A stretch of 32,000 nucleotides of DNA from Thermoproteus tenax Kra 1. Its GTDB lineage: Archaea > Thermoproteota > Thermoprotei > Thermoproteales > Thermoproteaceae. Both the position numbers and the translations under genes were made by a program. Shown piece by piece: positions 26,522 to 32,000 of the stretch; the stretch's first letter is position 1; each line of letters begins with the position of its first letter. The stretch spans positions 360,001 through 392,000 of the forward strand of contig NC_016070.1 in NCBI RefSeq assembly GCF_000253055.1, read 5' to 3'. Below the pieces are notes generated by a model. The model was not told the origin of the DNA. It saw only the letters and a program-made list of their open reading frames with translations, and searched no databases.

Positions 26522-27633
26522 GCGCCAACCCCGCTGATAGACTGAGGAAGAACTTGCCGGTGCCCTACACCAAGTTTCTGCCGGAGCAGTTAAAGCGTAA
26601 CCTTGGCAAATGGATAGACCGCAAGTTCCACGGCTACGGGATAATTGAACACATCTCCGAGACCGGAGACAGAATATTTACCGTGAAGATAGGTACGCCG
26701 CCCAACTTCCGCCTCAGCACCTCCACCCTAAGGGAGTTAGCTAAAGTGGCGGACGAGCTTGGCATAGGCGCCCTGAGGTTTACCAGGAACGGAAATATTG
26801 AGTTTATCACAGACTCCCTCGACAAAGCGCTCAAGATCAAGGAGGAGGCCGAGAAGATGGGCTTCCCCGTCGGCGGCTGGGGGCCTACGCTCTGGTCCGT
26901 GAACTCGTGCACGGCCTTCCTCACTTGCACAACGGCGGTTGTGGACTCGCCATCAATAACTAAGGTTCTGTACGATGCGCTTAAACCGTACTTCACAGGA
27001 GAGATAACATTGCCGGCGAAGCTAAGGATAAACGTGTCGGGCTGCCCCAGCGCGTGCGGCGGATTTACTGCAGATATAAACCTCGTCGGCCATTACGGCG
27101 ATGCTCCAACTTACGACCCAGAGCGTATAAAGCTCTGTCTGCCCAAGAGCGCCAAGGCGCTGGAGACCGGGCACGTGCCGGAGGTGGCTGAGGTTTGTCC
27201 CACAGGCGCCATTAAAGTCTACGGGAAGCCGGACGGCACTGTAGGCCTAGACGTGATCCGCTCTAAGTGTATAGCGTGTGGCAGGTGTAGAGATGTGTGC
27301 GACTGGATGGACTTCGACGAGAGCAAAGCAGGCGTCGCTGTACTAATCGGCGGAAAGGCCAGCAACACGGGGACGGGCCCATGGCCCTCGGTACAAGTGA
27401 TACCTTGGGTTCCCGCAGTGCCGCCGGACTACAAAGAGATAGTCGCCGTTGTCAAAAAGATAGTCGATGTGTGGAGGAGCCACGCCAGGACAGGGGAGCG
27501 CATTGGAGATTGGCTGAACAGAGTCGGCTTCGAGGAATTCTACAAACTATTGAACATACCGCTCACTAGGTGGAACCAGCCGCCTAGATTCTCTGGGGAG
27601 TTCGGGATAAGGCAGTTCTTCCAGAGGGCGTGA
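26518..27633 (+). CDS. dsrB: Dissimilatory sulfite reductase beta subunit, copy 2
   Basis: True start MSANPADRLRKNLPVPYTKFLPEQLKRNLGKW inside ORF 26266..27633 (4-bp overlap with dsrA); CTAFLTCTTAVVDS, VSGCPSACGG, VCPTGAI...CIACGRCRDVCDWMDFD. Confidence 0.95.
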   Translation: MSANPADRLRKNLPVPYTKFLPEQLKRNLGKWIDRKFHGYGIIEHISETGDRIFTVKIGTPPNFRLSTSTLRELAKVADELGIGALRFTRNGNIEFITDSLDKALKIKEEAEKMGFPVGGWGPTLWSVNSCTAFLTCTTAVVDSPSITKVLYDALKPYFTGEITLPAKLRINVSGCPSACGGFTADINLVGHYGDAPTYDPERIKLCLPKSAKALETGHVPEVAEVCPTGAIKVYGKPDGTVGLDVIRSKCIACGRCRDVCDWMDFDESKAGVAVLIGGKASNTGTGPWPSVQVIPWVPAVPPDYKEIVAVVKKIVDVWRSHARTGERIGDWLNRVGFEEFYKLLNIPLTRWNQPPRFSGEFGIRQFFQRA

Positions 27634-28127
27634 GCGTATACGACAAAATAGGTGAGCTCATCCTAGCTTTACGGTTTAGATATCATGTTGAAGAATTCGG
27701 GGATGCCTCTGAGCTGGCCAACTACATCAAAGAATTGGAGTCAGGCGAAGGCGTCGACGCGCTGCTCTCGTTGGAGGGACGTCCGCGGCCGTATCTAATA
27801 TCGGCGTATAGAGAGGGAGACGACGTTGTGCTGGCACTCGTAGACCTAGACGATGTGAGATCCCTCAAGACGGGAGTCAAAGTGGAGGAACTAGAGGAGG
27901 TGACGAGTGCTCTCGGCGCTGAAAAATACGGGTCTAATGGACTGGCCCCCTTCTTTTTCCCCATAATGGAGAGAGATGGCGAGGCGTTTTTTGCCCTAGG
28001 CCTCAAGGCCGTGTTGCCGCTCACAGTGGTCACTGGCGGCGCCATAGATGAACTGTTGGAGATCTTAGAAGTGCGAGGCGATGAATTTTTCAACGCTATA
28101 GTCGGCGCTTTGAAGTCCTTATATTGA
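27630..28127 (+). CDS. Hypothetical protein translationally coupled to dsrB copy 2
   Basis: GTG start at 27630 overlaps the dsrB stop; 165 aa LILALRFRYHVEEFGDASELANYIKELESGEGVDALLSLEG... Confidence 0.7.
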   Translation: MSVYDKIGELILALRFRYHVEEFGDASELANYIKELESGEGVDALLSLEGRPRPYLISAYREGDDVVLALVDLDDVRSLKTGVKVEELEEVTSALGAEKYGSNGLAPFFFPIMERDGEAFFALGLKAVLPLTVVTGGAIDELLEILEVRGDEFFNAIVGALKSLY

Positions 28128-28149
28128 CGATGCTTGAGATGCTATCGTC
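28126..28149 (+). terminator. Imperfect hairpin after the second dsr operon
   Basis: GACGATGC-ttgagat-GCTATCGTC inverted repeat overlapping and just after the stop. Confidence 0.3.
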
Positions 28150-28150
28150 G

Positions 28151-28378
<228 letters not shown>

Positions 28379-28387
<9 letters not shown>

Positions 28388-29077
28388 CGCGGTCATAAAC
28401 TCTTCCAACTTTTTTCTAAAGTCTTCCAACTCTTTTTGTAAACGACATACTCCGAGACACGGCGCCTTGCAGACGACTATTGAATTACCTATAATGTAAT
28501 GATCGCCCGTATCCCACGCCAATCCTATTCTGTAGAGCCCCTCGGCGAAGAGGGGCAATGCGGCTGTAAATATCCGTTCGGGGATCTCTAGGATCTCGGA
28601 CAATCGTAATATTGACGATCTGCCCGAGACTAACAACAACATAGACGATGTCGTACAGAGTTTTTCTATGGGCGCTAGATACAAAGACATGCCTAACTTT
28701 CTCAAGGCGGCCAGAACCACTTGTGCCAGCGCTCCCACTTGCCAGAGCGGCGCCGATGTGTCCCATCGCGTCTTAAGTTGGACTAAGGGATATTGTGGCG
28801 GCGCGCATCCTTTACAGAGACAGTAGAGGGCGCCCCTCGCTGTAAGCCTTACCTTCCCCTCATATTTTTCTAAAAGGCCGCGCCTCAGCGCCTTCTGGAA
28901 TTTGGCGTAGGCCGTAGAAAAGGGCATGTTCAACCTCCTTGCCGCCTTGTATACTGTGCCGCCCGTGTTCTCGGCAAAAAAGGAGAGCAGGTCATCCACA
29001 GCCAGATCCTCGTTGCAGGTCCACCTCAGCTCCCCGAGATCTACCTTTGCCGGCTTGATGAGAATAATATTTCCCAT
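28379..29077 (-). CDS. Putative winged-helix transcriptional regulator (ModE/LysR N-domain-like HTH)
   Basis: LLSFFAENTGGTVYKAARRLNMPFSTAYAKFQKALRRGLLEKYEGKVRLTARGALYCLCKG; divergent from dsrMK; C-terminal codons run into the element-like hairpin. Confidence 0.6.
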
Positions 29078-29155
29078 GGTCTCAATAAATCGTTCTTAAT
29101 ATTTATATTGTGACTTTGCATCTTATTGTTAATATAGTTTATTTAACCCGCGCCA

Positions 29156-29929
29156 GTGGATCGCATGGATTGGACAGACGTTATGCTCTATGGCGTCTTC
29201 CCCTATCTGTCTCTTTTATTGTTTTTCGGCGGGGTGATATACCGTTTTGCCAATTGGATCTCTGCACAGGGGCTAACAGGCCTTTACTCTGTCGCCGTGA
29301 AGAGCTACACTTGGAGCTTCGGAGCTAGAGCCTCCGAAGTTGTAAAGAGGGTGTTTGTGCTCTATACGCTGACTTTATCGGATAGAATGTTGTTAGTGGG
29401 CTCTCTCCTCTTCCACTGGGGGATATGGTTGGCTCTGCTCGGCCATCTCTCGATGATCATACCCCCTGAGACCCTCGGAATGCCTAGCTCGCTTCATGAG
29501 GCTATAGCGCTCTACGTCGGCGGAGGCGCTGGAGTTGTAGCTCTTATCGGCTTATTGATATTGTTAATCAGAAGAATAGTAAGACAAGATGTAAGACGGT
29601 TGAGCTTCCTTGACGACTGGTTCGCCTTAGTCCTATTATTAGGCATAGTCGTGTTGGGCCTCTATCAGACGTTGATACTACACCCCGATTATATGCACAC
29701 AGTCGCGCCGTGGGTTCAAAGCGTGTTGGTGGGCTCCCCCGATCTCTCAATAGTGGCTACATGGAGTTTAGTAACAAAAATCCATGTGCTCCTGGCACTC
29801 ATATTTATAGCCTATGTGCCCTTCGGAAAATTGATCCATCCGTTTTCTTTCTTAGCGATGCCCACGCTCTGGAAGCCGCCTACAAAACTTTATGGATATT
29901 TATTGGCTAAGCTTCGACCTTCCCAGTAA
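29156..29929 (+). CDS. dsrM: DsrM-like membrane cytochrome b (NarI-type) subunit
   Basis: Multispan YGVFPYLSLLLFFGGVIYRFANW, LLVGSLLFHWGIWLALLGHL, TWSLVTKIHVLLALIFIAYVPFGKLIHPFSFLAMP; followed by dsrK. Confidence 0.85.
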   Translation: MDRMDWTDVMLYGVFPYLSLLLFFGGVIYRFANWISAQGLTGLYSVAVKSYTWSFGARASEVVKRVFVLYTLTLSDRMLLVGSLLFHWGIWLALLGHLSMIIPPETLGMPSSLHEAIALYVGGGAGVVALIGLLILLIRRIVRQDVRRLSFLDDWFALVLLLGIVVLGLYQTLILHPDYMHTVAPWVQSVLVGSPDLSIVATWSLVTKIHVLLALIFIAYVPFGKLIHPFSFLAMPTLWKPPTKLYGYLLAKLRPSQ

Positions 29930-29970
29930 TTGTTAATAAAGATTATTTTTTTACATCACGTACATCTACA

Positions 29971-31452
29971 ATGCAATCGTCGACTCATGAACATTTAGAA
30001 ATAAAACTTGGTGATACTTCTAATATTAAGACATTTAAAGCAAAAATAGATCAAGTAAAGATACTGCACAATAGAGTAGGTCTCTCTCTGCCCCCGGATC
30101 CCATGGGCCATATTAGGACGAGGATCAAGGAGGCTATTAAAAACAATAGAAATGTGAGAATGGCCATAGAGGTCTGCGTCCACTGCGGAGTCTGTCTCGA
30201 TAACTGTCCCACGTATGTACGAACTAAGGATATCTATAACTCGCCGGTGGGCCGCGCCGAGCTCATAAGAGCTTTTCTGAAGGCGGATTCAGTCAGCGGA
30301 AGGCTCTTCGGCAAGGCTGTCGGCGCAGTCAAACTCACTGAGGAGTACCTCGAGAAGATCTATACATATTATTATCAATGTCTGGAGTGTAGAAAATGTG
30401 CATATTCATGTCCCTTCGGCATCGATCAAGCAGACGTCACAAGGCTAGTGAGGGAGATAATGTACGAGGCCGGCATAGTATCGCGCTACGTGGCGACAGT
30501 GATAGACGCAGTGGAGAGGACTGGGACCAACTTAGGCATGAAACCTGTGGCCGTTATCAAATCCATCACCTTCGCAGCTGGGGAGATTAAGGAGGAGAAA
30601 AAAGTCGACGTAATATATTACATCTACCGAGATGATACAAACGAGCTCAAGAAGTATATCGGCGACAAGGAGGTGGCATCTTGGAAGCTCGACGCCGTGC
30701 CGCCCGATGAGAGGCCAGAGGCCCTTTTGGTACCGCCCTCCGCAGATTTCTTTACTAACATAGAGACTCTTAAGGGGTATATGCTGTTCCTCCATCTTAT
30801 CGGCGTTAAGTATGCCTTTTCTACGGAGATGGCCGAGTTGGCAAACTTCGGTCTGTTTGTCAGCGAGAGACACCTCCACTATATAGGCATGAAGGTAGTT
30901 AACGCCGCTCTTAAACTGGGGGTGAAGACAGTGATAGCGGGCGAGTGCGGCCACGGATGGAGGGCGTTCAAGAACTACACGGGCCCAGAGCTTGAAAGAA
31001 GGGGCATGAAGACGCTACACATATTCCATCTAGTGATAGATGCTATAAAGAGGGGGGCGATAAAGCTCAACCCCGACGCCAACGGCGATATAGTATACAC
31101 CTTCCAAGACTCGTGCAACTACGCGAGAGGCGGAGACTTGACGGAGGAGCCCCGATTCATTATGAGACACGTGGTTAAGAAGTACACAGAAAGTCCGCAC
31201 AATAGGGAAAAAACGTGGTGTTGTGGAGGCGGAGGCGGCTTATTGACCGACGAGCTTCTTCCTCTAAGAATACAATATGCCAAAAATTGGTATGAAGATG
31301 CGCTACAGGTCGGAGCGAGCCACGTCGTGAGGGCCTGCGCCATCTGCAAAGCTCAATTAAGCCATACGATCCCATATTTGAATAAAGAGTATAAAAGAGA
31401 GATCACATACAGCGGCCTAATGGACTTAGTCTATAGGGCCCTCGTCGTCTAA
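29971..31452 (+). CDS. dsrK: DsrK-like Fe-S subunit (HdrD/CCG-domain family)
   Basis: CVHCGVCLDNCPTYV, CLECRKCAYSCPFG, QDSCNYARGG...WCCGGGGGLL, CAICKAQL: two 4Fe-4S motifs plus CCG domain. Confidence 0.92.
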   Translation: MQSSTHEHLEIKLGDTSNIKTFKAKIDQVKILHNRVGLSLPPDPMGHIRTRIKEAIKNNRNVRMAIEVCVHCGVCLDNCPTYVRTKDIYNSPVGRAELIRAFLKADSVSGRLFGKAVGAVKLTEEYLEKIYTYYYQCLECRKCAYSCPFGIDQADVTRLVREIMYEAGIVSRYVATVIDAVERTGTNLGMKPVAVIKSITFAAGEIKEEKKVDVIYYIYRDDTNELKKYIGDKEVASWKLDAVPPDERPEALLVPPSADFFTNIETLKGYMLFLHLIGVKYAFSTEMAELANFGLFVSERHLHYIGMKVVNAALKLGVKTVIAGECGHGWRAFKNYTGPELERRGMKTLHIFHLVIDAIKRGAIKLNPDANGDIVYTFQDSCNYARGGDLTEEPRFIMRHVVKKYTESPHNREKTWCCGGGGGLLTDELLPLRIQYAKNWYEDALQVGASHVVRACAICKAQLSHTIPYLNKEYKREITYSGLMDLVYRALVV

Positions 31453-31784
31453 GGTTTTACATAAATATAACCTTGTTTGACCAATTCAACTATTTTTACG
31501 ATGCCTGCTGGAACTATCTCGGCGTTTTCGTGGACGTCGCGGGGGTCTATCCCGAGGTTTCTGAGGGAGTTGTTACACACATAGAACTTTACGCCACGCC
31601 TCGCGAGGGCGGCTATCCTTTCTCTAAACGGCGAGCCCTTGACCATGTGCTTCACCGCCAGTCCGTTCGCCACGACGGCTATATCGGCGTTTCCCACTGC
31701 GGCCAAGAAGTTCTCCGCATTTGAGAGAGCGATGGAGAGAGGGACCGGATCGTCGCTATCAACGTGCAACAGCAGTTTCTCCAT
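31449..31784 (-). CDS. DsrE/DsrF-family protein
   Basis: KLLLHVDSDDPVPLSIALSNAENFLAAVGNADIAVVANGLAVKHMV ... GVKFYVCNNSLRNLGIDP; typical of small DsrE-type proteins. Confidence 0.8.
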   Translation of the reverse strand: MEKLLLHVDSDDPVPLSIALSNAENFLAAVGNADIAVVANGLAVKHMVKGSPFRERIAALARRGVKFYVCNNSLRNLGIDPRDVHENAEIVPAGIVKIVELVKQGYIYVKP

Positions 31785-32000
31785 GAGATTGTGTCACAAT
31801 AAAAATTCTAGCTCTGTCTCCAGAGCGAGATCATAAAACTATAACTGGAAGGCCAGCGCACCTCTCTAAAAACGACAGAGGGCCGGCCGAGCCAAAGCCC
31901 GGCGGGACTTGTATTGGAATATATGTACAAATGCGGACCTCGCCTAGCCTTCTTAGCCTTTCGCCATGCCTCAAGAGACCTCTCCCTCTATACGCCAGAT

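Noticed and set aside
31785-32000. Possible gene start or RNA at the right edge
   Set aside because: Too little sequence to support any call; no tRNA cloverleaf or convincing ORF seen.

Overview
The window is densely coded, moderately GC-rich archaeal DNA. Gene content, AT-rich TATA-like spacers and ATGA-coupled genes suggest a Thermoproteaceae-type crenarchaeon (Pyrobaculum/Thermoproteus-like); this assignment is inferred from protein character only. Main content: (i) the 3' end of an inorganic pyrophosphatase gene and a complete branched-chain-amino-acid-type ABC transporter operon; (ii) a dissimilatory sulfur-metabolism region with several DsrE-family genes, HemD, a MerA-like oxidoreductase, a TusA-like gene coupled to a SelD-like/acylphosphatase fusion, a CbiA/DsrN-like gene plus SUMT plus TusA-like cassette, DsrC, SQR with a DUF1641 partner, two complete divergently oriented dsrAB pairs, and DsrMK; (iii) a small decaying accessory island (about 8.0-11.15 kb) with a PIN-domain gene flanked by two copies of a small partner gene, a frameshifted archaeal ATPase and a multiply disrupted EamA-type transporter; (iv) a short TnpB/IS605-like remnant bounded by two CGCCCTTTAGGGCG hairpins. 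Strongest direct observations: a 202-bp exactly identical inverted tract shared by the two dsrA genes, with a second 74-bp tract (one mismatch) in dsrB, both set in otherwise diverged sequence, suggesting recent gene conversion; a coupled TusA-like/SelD-like-acylphosphatase/MerA-like operon; and a -1 frameshift separating the Walker A region from the rest of an archaeal ATPase. No CRISPR array, rRNA or tRNA was recognised.
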